Below, one piece after another: positions 13,042 to 27,150 of a DNA stretch of 64,000 nt. The stretch comes from the human T2T-CHM13v2.0 reference genome, Homo sapiens, in assembly GCF_009914755.1 (NCBI RefSeq), contig NC_060935.1; one strand, written 5' to 3'. A program made the translations under genes and the position numbers. Position 1 is the first letter of the stretch, and the number at the start of each line of letters is the position of its first letter. The notes under the pieces were generated by a model. The model was not told where the DNA came from. It worked only from the letters and a program-made list of their open reading frames with translations, and did not search any database.

Positions 13042-13328
13042 GTCTGAGTGCGGTGGCTCATGCCTATAATCTCAGCAACTTGGGAGGCTAAGGTGGGCAG
13101 ATTGCTTCAGCCAAGAATTCAAGACCAGCCTGGGCAACTTCATCTCTACAAAAAAATACAAAAAATTAGCCAGGCATGGTGGCATGCATCTATAGTCCCA
13201 GCTACTTGCTACTCGGGAGAACTAGGTGGGAAGATCACTTGGGCCTAGAAGGTCAAGGCTGCAGTGAGCCACAAACACAGCACTACGCTCCAACATGGAT
13301 AACAGAGAGAAGCTTTCTCAAAACAAAA
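13042..13328 (+). mobile_element. AluJ inserted in L1 ORF2
   Basis: J-type right arm (gatcacttgggcc...ggtcaaggctgcagtgagcc); TSD AGATGCAGAAAAGG at 13028-13041 and 13329-13342. Confidence 0.92.
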
Positions 13329-13367
13329 AGATGCAGAAAAGGCTTTTGATAAAATAGAACATCGCTT

Positions 13368-14150
13368 TGTCAATGAAAAGAGTCAAACTCTAAAATATTT
13401 GAAAAGGTTTATTCTGAGCCAAATACGAATGACCATGGCCCATGACACAGCCCTCAGGAGGTCCTGAGAATATGTGCCCAAGATAGTCAAGGTGCAACTT
13501 GGTTTTATACATTTTAGGGAGGCATGAGACATCAATCAAATACATTTAAGAGAGGTTGGTTTGGTCCAGTAAGTCAGGACAGCTCAAAGTGGGGTGGCCT
13601 CCAGGCTATAGGTACATTTAAACATTTTTCTGGTTGACAATTGGTTGAGTTTGTCTAAAGACCTGGGATTGATAGAAAGGAAATGTTCAGGTTAAGATAA
13701 AAGATTGTGGAGACCGAGATTTCTTTGAAGTCTTATAGTGGCTGCCTTAGAGACAACAGATGACAAGTTTCCTATTCAGATCTTTAAAAGGTGCTAGACT
13801 TTTAGTTAATCTCTTTAGAATTGGGAAGAAAAAGATCTAGCTATGTTAATAGAGATTCTTACAGATGCAGATTTCCCCACACAAATGACTGCTTTGCAGG
13901 GACATTTCAAGATATGGCAAAGAAAGGTGTTATGGGGTAAAATATTTTGATTTTCTTCCTCCTCTCATAATGTTATGCCAGAGTCAGGTTGAAAAGTAAG
14001 TCACGATATATAGGGTTAAGTAAAACTCATCTGATGAGAATTTATGATGTGTAGGGTATGAATCCCCAGATTATGATTTGTAGGGTATGAATCCCCAGAC
14101 CATTTAGATAGGAATTTAGACGAGATAAAATAATCAGAGTTTAGTTTTCA
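13368..14150 (-). mobile_element. ERV1 solo LTR (MER4D/E-like) inserted in L1 ORF2
   Basis: TG...CA termini; tgtcaatgaaaagagtcaaactc...tttattctgagccaaa; L1 sequence is continuous across it. Confidence 0.85.
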
Positions 14151-14472
14151 ACATGTTCAAAACATTCAATAAACTAGGCAATGAAGGAACATACTTCAAA
14201 ATAATAACAGCCATCTATGACAAAACCACAGCCAACATCATACCAAATGGGAAAATGTTGGAAGTGTTTGAAAACTGGAACAAGACACCCATGGTCTCTG
14301 TCACCCTTCCTATTCAACATAATGCTTGAAGTCCTTGCCAGAGCAATCAGGCAGGAGAAAGAAATAAAAGGCATACAAATAGGAAGAGAGGAAGTCAAAT
14401 TATCCTTATCTGCATATAACATGATTCTGTATCTAGAAAACCCCATAGCCTTGGCCCCAAACCTCCATTAGC

Positions 14473-15181
<709 letters not shown>

Positions 15182-15582
15182 CATGATAAACAACTTCAGC
15201 AAAGTTTCAGAATGCAAAATCAATGTACAAAAATCAGCAGCATTCCTATACCCTAAACACAGGTAAGCTGAGAGCCAAATCAAGAAAACAATAACATTCA
15301 TAATAGCCACAAAAAGAATAACACACCCAGGAATACCTCTAATCATGGGGGTGAAAGATTTTGACAATGGGAATTGCACAACATTGCTCAAAGAAATCAG
15401 AGATGACACCAATGGAAAAATATCCCATGCTCATGGATAGGAAGAATAAATAATATTAATTGTCCATACTGCCCAAAGCAATTTATAGGTTCAATTGCTA
15501 TTCCTATGAAACTACCAAGGACATTCTTTATAGAATTAGAAAAAAAACTATTTTAAAATTCATGTGGAACCATAAAAGAGCC

Positions 15583-16126
15583 TGTGATGGTTAATATTGA
15601 GTATCAACTTCCTTGGATTGAAGGATGCAAAGTATTGTTACTGGGTGTGTCTGTGAGGGTGTTGCCAAAGTAGATTAACATTTGAGTCAGTGGACTGGGA
15701 GAGGCAGACCCACCTTCAATCTGTGTGGGCACCATCTAATCAGCTGCCAGTGCAGCTAGAATAAAACAGGCAGAAGAAGTTGGAGGGACTTGCTGAGTCT
15801 TCCAGGCTTCCTCTTTCTCCCTTGCTGGATGCTTCCTGCCCTTGAACGTCAGACTCCAAGTTCTTCAGCTTTTGAACTCTTGGACTTATACCAGTGATTT
15901 GCCAGGGGCTCTCAGGCCTTTGGTCACAGACTGAAGGTTGCACTGTTGGCTTCCCTACTTTTGAGGTTTTGGGACTCATATTGGCTTCCTTGTTCTTCAG
16001 CTTACAGACAGCCTATTCTGGGACTTCACCTTGTGATCATGTGAGTCACTACTCCTTAATAAACTCCCCTTCATATATACTTCTATCCTATTAATTCTCT
16101 CTCTTCAGAGAACCCTGACTAATACA
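15583..16126 (+). mobile_element. MLT2A2-like ERV-L solo LTR in L1 ORF2
   Basis: TGTGATGG...CTAATACA, homologous to the LTR at 3010 but longer; TSD GAGCC at 15578-15582 and 16127-16131. Confidence 0.92.
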
Positions 16127-19100
16127 GAGCCTGAAGAGCCAAGACAATCCTAAGCAAAAAGAACAAAGCTGGAAGCATCACATTATTCTACTTCAAACTA
16201 CACTACAAGGTCACAGTAACCAAAACAGAATGGTATAGGTCAAAAAACAAACACATAGACCAATGGAACCAATAGAGGGCCCAAAAATCATGCCACACAC
16301 CTACAACTATCTGATTTTCTACAATGTTGACAAAAACAAGCAATGGATAAAGGACTCCCTGTTCAATAAATGGTGCTGTGATAACTGGCTAGCCATATGC
16401 AGAGGACTGAAACTGGACCTTTTTCTTATACCATATACAAAAAGTTAACTCAAGATGGATTAAAAACTTAAATGTAAAACTTAAAACTATAAAAACTCTA
16501 GAAGATAACATAGGAAATACCATTCCATACATAGGAACTGGCAAAGATTTCATAACAGAGACTCCAAAAGCAATTGCAACAGAAACAGAAATTGACAAAT
16601 GGACCAAATAAAACTGAAAAGCTTCTGCAAAGCAAAAGAAACTATCAACAGGGTAAAAAAAAAAATGATCTACAGAATGGGAGAAACTGTTTGCAAACTG
16701 TGGATCTAACAAAGGTCGAATATCCAGACTCTATAAGGAATTTAAACAAACTTACAAGCAAAAACCAAATGACCCACTAAATATTGGGCAAAGAACGTGA
16801 ACAGACACTTTTCAAAAGAAGATGTACACGTGGCCAGCAAGCATATAGAAAAATATTCAACATCACTAATAATTAGAGAAATACAAATCAAAACCATGAT
16901 GAGAGAGTATTTCACAACAGTCAGAGTGGCTATTATTAAAAAGTCAAAAAATAACATGCTGGTGAGGCTGTGGAAAAAAGGGAATGATTATATACTGCCG
17001 GTGGCAATATAAATTATTTCAGTCATTGTAGTAAGCAACTTAGTAATTTCTAGAAGAACTTAAAAGAGAATTGCTACTCAACTCAGCAATCCATTATTGT
17101 ATATATACCCAAAGGTATATAAATCATTCTACTATAAAAACGTATGCATGCATTCATTCATTGCACCACTATTCACAGTAGTAAAGACATAGAATCCATC
17201 TAAACACCCAATCAGTGGTAGAATGGATAAAGAAAATATGGTATCTATACACCATGGAAGACTACATAGCCATAAAAGAGAATAAGATCATGTTTTTTGC
17301 AGCAACATAAATGGAGCTAGAGACCATTATCCTAAATGAACTAACACAGGAACAGAAAACCAAATACTGCATGTTCTCACTTATAAATGGGAGCTAAATA
17401 TTGAGTACATATGGACACAAAGAAGGGAACAATAGAAACTGGGGCCAACTTGAGGGTGGAAGGTGGGAGGAGGGTGAGGATCATAAAACTATCTATCAGG
17501 TACTACTAATCGTATTACATGAGTGATGAAATCATCTGCACACCAATTCCTCGTGACACGCTATTTATGTATATAATAAACCCGTACATGTATCCCTGAA
17601 CCTAAAATAAAAAGTTAAAAACGCGACAACACTATCTTAAAATTTTGCAATAGCATGTAAAATAACTTGGAATTTGAAAAGCAGAGCATAAAACTGTGTT
17701 CATACTGATTATTACAGCCATGCAAAAATATATTTGTCTAAATGTACATGTAAATGTGACTTTATTATTTTATATTGTTAGCATTAGGAATGCTTTTCCT
17801 TTTAAATTGTTTATATTATTTTACCAGTTAAAATAGGAAAAAGCAGACTGAATCAGATTCTATTGGCAGGAAATAAAATTATTTTCTCATTGGAGAGGGT
17901 ATGCATGTAGAAGTTAATGAGCATACGTTTAATAGTCAAAAAACAGTTGAGTTTGTGGCTGTTGCTTCTATTGGAAACTGTGAGACCCTGAACAAATAAT
18001 TCATATTCTGCAAGTGTCAGTTTTCCCTTATATAAAATTGAGATTTTTTTCTCATAGCCATGGAGATTTGGTGAAATAAAGACTTTATCATGTAGCAAAC
18101 ATTTTGACATATAATCAGTGTTCAAAAAGGGATATCCTTTTTTCACATTTTGGCAGCAACCAATTGTAGGTCACAAAAATATTATCTGATAAGTCTTCTT
18201 AATGTCAGAATGTCTAAATAAAATGTGAAAAAAAAAGCCTGTTAAGCATTTATCTGATAAAACTATTTCATTTGGGGCCTTTCCAAGACAATATATTTTT
18301 GTGATTGCAATGTTTTCCCATTTTCTTTCATGTATTTTGAATTTTATAATATACAAGTTTATTGCAACAGAAATGCTTTAATAAAATTAAACCTCAGACT
18401 ATATGTATAGTTAAAAAGTGGTACTGGAAAATTACATGAAGTAGATTTTTCTGTAAGAAATCAAATATCTGAATAGCAAACATATTAATTACAAACAGCT
18501 CTTCTTCTCTCTCTCAAGTCATATCTTACATCTCTGTGCCTGCATTTGACTTGGTCTTCTGAGTTAATGCTCCCTCTCCCCACCCCCTTCCCAGCCCCAC
18601 CAAATGCATAAGCAGTTTACTCTTCTTTTCTTCCCAGGGGAGCCTAGTCTATTCATGTGGGCACAAGGAACATAGGTTCCAAAAGATCCCACTGATTCAC
18701 GTATCATAGAGAGTTTCTAATACAAAGGTCTATAGAGACATCTTTTAGATTTTCCAGTGCAAAGTTTTAACTTGAAAGCTGTGCACATTTGGTCTAGGAG
18801 GGCATAACAATGGCTCCCCAACCCTGTTCCTCTTTTCAATATAACCCCACTTAAAAGAAATTCAGTTTCTTTAGCAATAAAAGTATCCCAAGGACCCAAG
18901 GTTCTCTCACATCTCAGAAAGACTCCATGTGAGAAGAGCCACTGTAGTTTCTTTTGAACATTCCATTGTTGCCTCTCAGCCCATGTAGATCAGCACTGGC
19001 TGGGGACAATCTTTCTAACTTAAGACCTGGGGTGAGACAGAAAAAAAAATTGATGAGGTTTATCACCTTCCCTTCATGATATGTCTTGGCAGCAAAGTGA

Positions 19101-19514
19101 CCCAGGCAGTTAAGAAGCATATTGCATGCATAAAAATTTAATGAGCTCTTAGAGACTTTGTGGTCTCCAGTGAGGATTTCTTTGGGAAATTTCTTTATTA
19201 ACTGGCTTTTATGGGTAAATCTTTTCTGGAATCCCAGTGAAAGCTTGCAACACATTTGAAAAGTGAATGTGAACTCACAATCAGAATTCCTTCCAGCCAA
19301 TTACTGGTGAATGTAACAAAGTTGACTTCTATTTTTTCTACAAAGGAAATTTTATTTTTCTTTAGGAACAAGGGTCAAAATACCTACTGTTTGAGTTACA
19401 TATCTTCAATGAAGAATTCATGTTTAAAAAACATTCTCAGTCTTGTGTGAACTAATTAGTAACTCCATTTCAAAAGATGCATTTAAAAATTCATTACATA
19501 GTCACCCTATCCAC

Positions 19515-20160
19515 CTTTCATTCATTCACTCAACTCTTTCAGCATCTGCTTAAGTATCTACTATGTGCCAGATATTATTCTAGTAAATTGAAACATTTTT
19601 AAACAAAACAGACAAAAATAATCTCTGCCTTTTTGATGCACCCATTTCAAAGAGTAGAGAAAACATAAACAGTAAACATTAAAACATATAAATAATATCG
19701 TGTGTTAAAGTTGGTAAGTGCTATAGGGAAAATATAGAGCAGATAAGAGAGATCAAGTATGGGATCTTCACTGGGGTGAAGTAGGAGGGTTGTCTAGTGT
19801 TAAATAAGGTGGGAAGAGTATGCTTCTCTGAAACTCTGACCTTTCTACAAAAGTTTAAAATAGATAGGAGACCTAGCTATGCATGTATTCAGGAGGTGAA
19901 TACGCAAGTAGAGATGACAACTGGTGCAGCAGAGGCCTTTAGACAAAAGCATGCCTGATTTGTTCCAAGAACAGCAAGAAAGCTAGTGTGTCTGAAGCCA
20001 AGTGAATGAAGAAAATGGCAAGACACCTGGTCAGTGGAGCCACAATGCCACTATTAGGATCTTGATTATTTTACCCGAGAAAGTGGAGAGCCAATGAAGA
20101 GTTTGGGGCAGAGGAGGAATGTCATCTGACTTATATGTTATGAGATCACTCTGGGTATGG
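19515..20160 (-). repeat. L2 fragment
   Basis: ttcattcattcactcaac...ctactatgtgccag...aacagcaagaaagctagtgtg. Confidence 0.7.
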
Positions 20161-21339
20161 TGAAAGGAATAGCATCACATACTGCAACTTCTAGGAAATC
20201 TTACCCAATACCGCCATCTCAAAGGAGCTGCTCCATCAGCATACTTCTAACACATTCGTATATTCATTCAACCACATTTACTGACACCAGCACTCTCATA
20301 GGAGCAGGAAATAGAGAAATGGACAAGCTGTTGTCATATTTGGACCCTCCAGAATTCAGAATGTCTTCCTATTTGAGAAATACCCCTTTATGTGACACAG
20401 GCTCTCACCTTCCACACCTCGAAAGAAAAGCTGAGTTAAGCATGCTATGCTCAGACAATAGGGGAAGAAAAAATGTGACACTTATATTCTACAACTCATA
20501 TATAAAAAAAGGACATGTTAATTGTCTCTAACCAGAACTCTGGCCAAACTCAACCATTTGCTTAGAGAAAACAAATTATTCTACCTTGTTTCACCATGAC
20601 TATTTACTGATTGCTTTTTTATTTTCATTTTTATCAACTTCAAATATTGTTATTTTATAACTGGCCACTTTGGAGAAATATTCAGATGTGCAGTGTTCCT
20701 TTCTCCTCTTCTTTCTCTCTTTTCATCTCTCATTAAAATAGATATAGGATAGACCCAGAGAAAAACAATGATGTTACCAAGAAGTTTTCACATTGTGTTG
20801 ATTTAGGAAAGGTGATACCTGTTTCTAAATGGTCTTCGTTAAGGGTGACTTATGGAGTTTGTGGTTTTGTATGTGTGTCTTTGTTCATCTGGTCAGCCTG
20901 GAGTATGCTTGGTTAATAGACATCTTGTGCTGTTATCTACTGCAGTGTGACAAGTTCCGCCTTGTCTTGTGGCAATGATGCTGACACTTAAATGATGATG
21001 ATGATGGTGATAATAATGTTAATAAAAATAATGATGACAATAGTGATAATAATCTCTGCCACTGCTTCAGACCTCAGGTCCCTACACTCTCTGTAGCCTT
21101 GTCCTAACCTCTTTGTGCTTCAAGTACTTCTCTATCCCCAAAAGGGACAAGAAACCTTAAATCCATCCACAAAGAACCTCCCTCAAACATTACTACTCTA
21201 TTTTCTCATGGTGCCATTTGTAGAGTGTTTCTCAGTTTTCCATTCTTCTCTTAGCACTAGAGACATAAAAATAGGCATAACATGTTCTCTGTCTTCCAGA
21301 AGCTCTAAGTCTTGTTTAAAGGTCTTCTACTTCCATTAG

Positions 21340-21512
21340 AGCACTCAGTTTTCAAATGTAAGCAGGGCCTTGTTAAAAATACACATTGCTGGGCCCTACC
21401 CCCAGAGGTCTGATTCAGTATATCTGCAGTGGTACCAAAGAATTGGCTCATTAATAAGCTCCCAAGTGATGTTGATGCTACAGGTCCAGGAAGCGTACTT
21501 AAAGAACTACGG
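21340..21512. mobile_element. MER5A-like hAT-Charlie MITE
   Basis: ttgctgggccctacccccagaggtctgattcagta...aagctcccaagtgat. Confidence 0.7.
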
Positions 21513-23479
21513 TGTGAGAGTATTCAAAATACCAGCTGCTTCCACATCCTGGTTAAAGGTTTTCTGTCAATTACCACTACTTCCAGATGAAGGAGATTCA
21601 AAATCTTAATCTTACCCTATTGGTATTTCTATGTTCATAGTAATATAAGGAAAGTTATAATTTCTTGTCCATTCAGGTCATAGGTATCCCCGGCATACTA
21701 CACTTATTGGCTTCTTTTGACCCTCATAATGAATGAGGTATTGATTTGCTGATCAGTGATTAGTGCCTGAAATGAGAACCTCAGGGAAGTCAGGAGCTGA
21801 CAAAGCTCTCAACAAGTAGAGCTGGAATTCCAACTCATTTCTGTTTTTCCACAGTTTCTGCCTTTTTTACTCAGCTTTCTTGCTGAAGCCCGTTCATTTT
21901 ATGCTGATGGTTGGGAGGTGGAGGCCTGTGAGACAAGTGGCTTGTTAAGCATCAGGAAGCCTCAATAAATTATTGATTGAATTTCTTTTTTCCTCTTTTC
22001 TTCCTGCTCATAAAGAAAGCACTTCATCTGTTAAAAGACTGAAGCTCAGACAGTGCTAACAGGAAAAGAAAGGCCACCCTCTGGTTCCCTGGAGCCTTGG
22101 AACCTCTCTCTCCAACACATGAGTTCCTTCTGGAATTTAACTTAGCTTTCAGATCCAGCACTATGCACACCCCTCCACCCCCATTCCAGAAGTGGAAGTG
22201 AAAGGTTCCCAGGCAGCCAGCATCAAGGTGGCTGTGGGAAGGATCCTACATCAGCAGCGCCACCAGCAGGAGAGTGGGAACATGACTTCCTTCTGCGCAG
22301 CCTGCCTAACCCTCTTCCTGTGCTGGTTGTCATGGTGACAAGGGCACTGCTTGTGCAGGTGCTGTATTGTGAGGGAGACACACATGCGACTCAAATGATG
22401 AGGGGAATTAAGGAAGATCTGCAGCCAGCCCTGAAGCTGCAGCAGGAGGGCTCTGAATCCTGTGGTGCCCTAAGCAGTGGTTAGAGAATTGAGAAGGCTG
22501 GGGAAGTGCAGGAATCCAAATCACAATGTCTAGAGAGAACCTCCCAGTGACTTTGTCTGGCTGGAGGATTAAAGAGCCATAGTCTGTAGGTGGAGGGCCC
22601 AGATTTGTCACTGATTTGATCAGAAAAATGCTTTCCTAACTTCAGGAAAACCACATATATATATGTCATTCCAATCTCTCTCTTTCAACTCTCTCATTGG
22701 CAGGAAAAGCACAGGAGTAAGTTAGAAGACAGACAGAACAGAATTCATACCGTCTTGCTCTATGAATCAACATGAACTGTCAAGAAATAGTGAAATCACT
22801 CCAAAAAAGTGTTTACGTTTTTGAGTGTGTTTGTTGGCTGTTTTTTTTCTTGAAAATCCGTTTAGTGTTTCTTAAGTACTAGGAAGTCATGATCTCAGTA
22901 GGATTTCAGGGTTGTTTGCAGGAATAAGAGAAACTAAAATTATAAAGTGAAATGTAGCCTCACCTTCATTTCCTACATTGATTGCTTTCCTGCCACCCCC
23001 TTTCCCACCCAGCTCCATTGACTGTTTGCTCCTCACCATTCATTATCCATTCTCTCTTCACCTCTATCAGTGGAAGAAGCATTGATATTGGTCCCAGAAA
23101 AGGAAAAGGGAACTAAAATTATATAATACTGAACATGGTTAGTGTGCTTGGCCATTGATAAACATTTTCTCATAGAATCTACACAATATAGCACTTGGAA
23201 TGCAACCACCCCCATCTTATATATTATTGAGCTTCAAAGAGCTTAAGAAATGGGGCTTAATCAGAGACAGAGCATGGATTCAAACTTAGGTCTTTATTGT
23301 CTCCATAGCTCAGCTTTTTCCAACTAAAATGCTATATCGCACTGTCCCTCTAAACAAAACAAAATAGAAAAACACTCTCTTCTCATCTCTGGTAAATTTT
23401 ACATTTAACTGGCAAGAATTTTGCTGTTTTTTAATGTCACATCCCAGAAGTCTTATTCCAGTCTTCATTATTATTAACA

Positions 23480-23700
23480 GTCAATGTTTCTTGATTTTAC
23501 TCTGTCCTAGGTAGTACACAAAGCATTTCACAACCCTATGACATAGAGGATATGTTAATAACGTTTATTCATATTAAATGTATGCAAATTTAAGGTTCCG
23601 GAGATAATTTTCCTAAGATCCCACTGCTCGAATAGGTCTGAGTCAGGATTTGAACCCAAGTGTGTCTGTTTTCAGATCAAAGCACTCACTCCTTATGCTA
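23480..23700 (-). repeat. MIR
   Basis: cacaaccctatga...gagtcaggatttgaacccaag. Confidence 0.6.
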
Positions 23701-24559
23701 TGTCATGAGGCACAGTTATTGTAAACTTTCCAGAGACGGGGGGCTGGAGGGTGCGGTGAAAACAACAGGAAAGAGATGTTATACTTTTATTCTCTGCTTG
23801 GTTTCCATGGAAGTAAAGCTAAACTGTGTGGGTTTGTGGCTGAAGCAAGGAAGGGCATTTCAAGAAATGTAGGAGTCCTTCTCATGTTACCGTGTCTCTG
23901 TGTGTGTGTGCATGCACACACATACACATGTGTGTTTAATTTCTGGAATGTTCCCAGTCACTATTGTTTTGGGTTGAATACTAAGGTGCAGGTAACCTAA
24001 GTCTTCAACTGAAATGACTTTCACAAAAGCCTCCCTTCCATGATGTGCTTGATAGAGATCAATGCATTTAATATTCATTTCAGGCTAATTAGCTAAAGCA
24101 AGGGTCCCATGAGCACCAAGAGCCAGGAGAAGGGACAATTCAGGACATCTCTGTCTAATTCCTCTTTAAATGCTAATAGCTTTAAGATTATTCTATTAAC
24201 AAGCAGTATCAGACAAGGAATAAAAAGGTCTGTTTCATTTAATAAAAGGATCACAAATGGGTAGGAATGTTTGTAACAGCCTGAGTAATTATCTGTTTAT
24301 TTAGGTCAATCTGCTGCAGGCATCAGGAAAACATAACTAAGAAGAGCAATCTGATTTATGAATATCCCAAAAAGGGGCTTCATTGTCCCCTGATCCCTGC
24401 ACTTCTACATCCATCACAAAAAAACAAGTTAGCTCTGTAGCAGGGAGTGAAGACTCCTTTCTTTGGAATCCTAAGACTCCCAAGTCCAACATTTATGATA
24501 TGACAAATCAAAGCCATGTTCTAATACATGTTGTTACCTCGACAATGTGTTTGGGCAAA

Positions 24560-24810
24560 GAAGCAAAGGAGTCTGGGTCTAGACATGAACTATCATCTAC
24601 AAAATCAGAAATCCTGGCTTCTCCCTAGTAACCCCAAATACAGTCACTTTAAGCTCTAAAAATTTTATAGAACTACAGCCCCTCACTATTTACTAGAATT
24701 TTAAATAGGCAAGTTAAGCATAATCATATTATTAAGCTCCCAAAAGTTGTTTGAAGGATTAAATAAGATAATGTATGTGCAGAGTGACCAGCCCATAGTA
24801 AATGTTCAAC
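24560..24810 (+). repeat. MIR (degenerate)
   Basis: ggagtctgggtctag...gaaggattaaataagataatgtatgt. Confidence 0.5.
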
Positions 24811-25149
24811 AGGTTGTTTTAATTGCTACCTGGCTCAGCTACAGAGACTGACTCTGTCAAAGGCACCTGAGAGGACCAAAGGGCATGGTGATTAGCTTAA
24901 GAGTTTAGACATTTATTATTCAAGATGGATCCATCCAATCAGCAGATCCTGCCAAAAAAGATGGCCAAAGTCATAGGTTATACTTTTGTTAGGTAAATGG
25001 CGACATCAGTCTATTCTTTATTTATTTTATTTTATTTTTTTCTGCAGAGATTTAAGAAGTGGTCTAGCCATCTAGGGAGGGAGTTGGCAAAAGCTCGGTC
25101 AGGTATCTAAACTCCAGCTGAATAGGCTGAGGCTCAATGAAGGTCTGTA

Positions 25150-25345
25150 GTTCTAATAGTTGTTGCTATGACATGCTCTATTGCTGAGTCATCCGAAGAG
25201 CTTCTTGAAAACTCAGATTTCAGGTCCTAACACAGATCTGTTGAATCAGAGTCTTCAAGGGATAATGCCAAAGAATATAAATTTTCTAAAATTTCCCCAA
25301 GACTTTAAGTTACATGATGGGAGCCCATGTTTGGAAACCAATGAG
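25150..25345. mobile_element. MER5-family MITE
   Basis: cagatttcaggtcc...gaatcagagtct...tttggaaaccaatg. Confidence 0.5.
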
Positions 25346-25837
25346 CTAAGGAAGTGGGTATGACTGAGCCTGCTGCTCTAAGAATGTCACATTTGTGATG
25401 AGGATCTTTCTGAACACAGCCTGTAAATCAGCTAATACTCCTGTCTCATAGGGATGTACACGAGGCCCGTAAATCTTCACTGCACAGAACACCAAGTGCC
25501 TGCATGTCTTACTTCTGCTTTTCTTCACCAATAAGCTACAAAAAAATGGGAAATGAAAGATGGTTCTTAATGGTAACCTTTTGCTATCTCATCAGGCCTC
25601 CTTTGTCTTACCTATGAGCAGGAAAACAGATACAAAGTTGCAGGAGCTTTTAAGCAGATATAAAATATAATGTTGGGACTTAGCTATCGTGACCAGGAAC
25701 TTAGGTATCGTTGCTTAAGTCTTATTTCAAATGGCCACTGCAGCATATTAATAAGTTAAGAATCAGGTTGAAATCTATGTTAGATTTTTTTTTCATTTGT
25801 TTCCTCAAAATGGCTTCAGAAGATAAAAAAATAAATA

Positions 25838-26782
25838 TATCTAGAAGGGAGATGCTGGGCCATAATGCAGGTATATGCTAAACTAAGCAACTGAGCCAAT
25901 TTTCATTCCCTCCAAGTATGAGAGTTTTTGTTCTCCCACATTTTCACCAACATACGGAATTTCCAGTCTCTTTAATTTTAGTCATTCTGGTGGGTGTTTA
26001 ATGGGATCTCATTGTGGTTTTAATTGCAATTCTCCAATGAGTAATCATTTCACATAATGTGCCTATTAGAGTGTTTTGCCCATAACTCATCAATTTCATT
26101 CCAAAGTATATGTCCAAAATAAGTAAGTGCAAATGTCCACCCAAAGACATATATAAGCAGCTTTATGTGTAACTGGAAACATTCCAAATATCCATCAGCA
26201 GGAGAATAGATAAATAATATGGAATATGTATTTTCACAATAGGATCTACACAACAAGAAAAATAAAAGCTACTAAAACATGCAACAGCCTGGATGAATCT
26301 CAAAGATACCATGCTGAAAGAAAACACAAACATGAATGAGTAAGTACTATATGGTTCCATTTACATGACGTTCACAAACATAACTGATCACAAAAGAAAC
26401 TGAAATAAAAACGAACCCCGGTGGTAGGGAAATGTAATCAGGGCAGGATTCATGGTTGTCCCACAATCAGAAAGAAAGGTGGCGTGCTTAGTTTAAAGCT
26501 CTGCTCTCAACGCGTTTAAATTTCTAACACTGTTTGAACAAACAGCCCCACATTTTCATTCTGGACTAGGAGGTGGAAATTATGCAGCTAGTCCTGGCTA
26601 TCACTGACTAGAAAATAGGCACAAAGGATCTTCCTGGGGGTTGGAAATATTCTACATATTAATCAGGGTGGTGGTTCCACATATGTATGTATATGTTAAA
26701 ATTCACTGGGCTATATACGTAAGATTTGTGTGCTTTACTATATACGTAAATTATAGCTTAATAAAGTTTTAACAGAAATGTG
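25838..26782 (+). mobile_element. Old L1 (L1MC/ME-type) 3' end with inverted 5' segment
   Basis: ~25838-26078 antisense ORF2-end sequence (atctcattgtggttttaattgca), then sense ORF2 end and 3'UTR to AATAAA at ~26760. Confidence 0.65.
26439..26596 (+). mobile_element. MER45A-like hAT MITE nested in old L1
   Basis: CAGGGC...GTCCTG termini; internal gccccacattttcatt...aaattatgcagc. Confidence 0.65.
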
Positions 26783-26909
26783 AAAAAATAAATAGAACAT
26801 ATAGCAATATGAAGAGCTAGTTTTACCAGAATTGCCAGAGGCTCTCCTGCATAGCCCAGGGGAGGATTCTAACCATAAGTGACTTCAGCTGTGAAAAAGA
26901 ACAGGCGAA

Positions 26910-27150
26910 TGATAATATTAACATACAGTGAGTATCTGCTACATGTCAGACACTGTGGAAATCACTTCATATGTGCTAAATCATTAAATCTTCACAGCAC
27001 CCTTATAAGATAGATATCAGTCTCCATTTATAGTTAAGAAAAACGAGGTCCAGAGAGGTTAAGCAACTTGTCTAATGACAGACAGCATATAATCTGTCAA
27101 ACAGAATTTCAAACCCAGATCCACCTGCTTCAGACACACGCTGTCCAGAC
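26910..27150 (-). repeat. MIR
   Basis: ctccatttata...gaaaaacgaggtccagagaggttaagcaacttg. Confidence 0.75.

Noticed and set aside
18914-20531. 128-aa and 124-aa ORFs in non-L1 sequence
   Set aside because: No recognisable homology or convincing exon structure; lengths are within chance expectation for 64 kb in six frames.
20990-21052. (ATG/AAT)n tract
   Set aside because: Ordinary degenerate trinucleotide low-complexity sequence.
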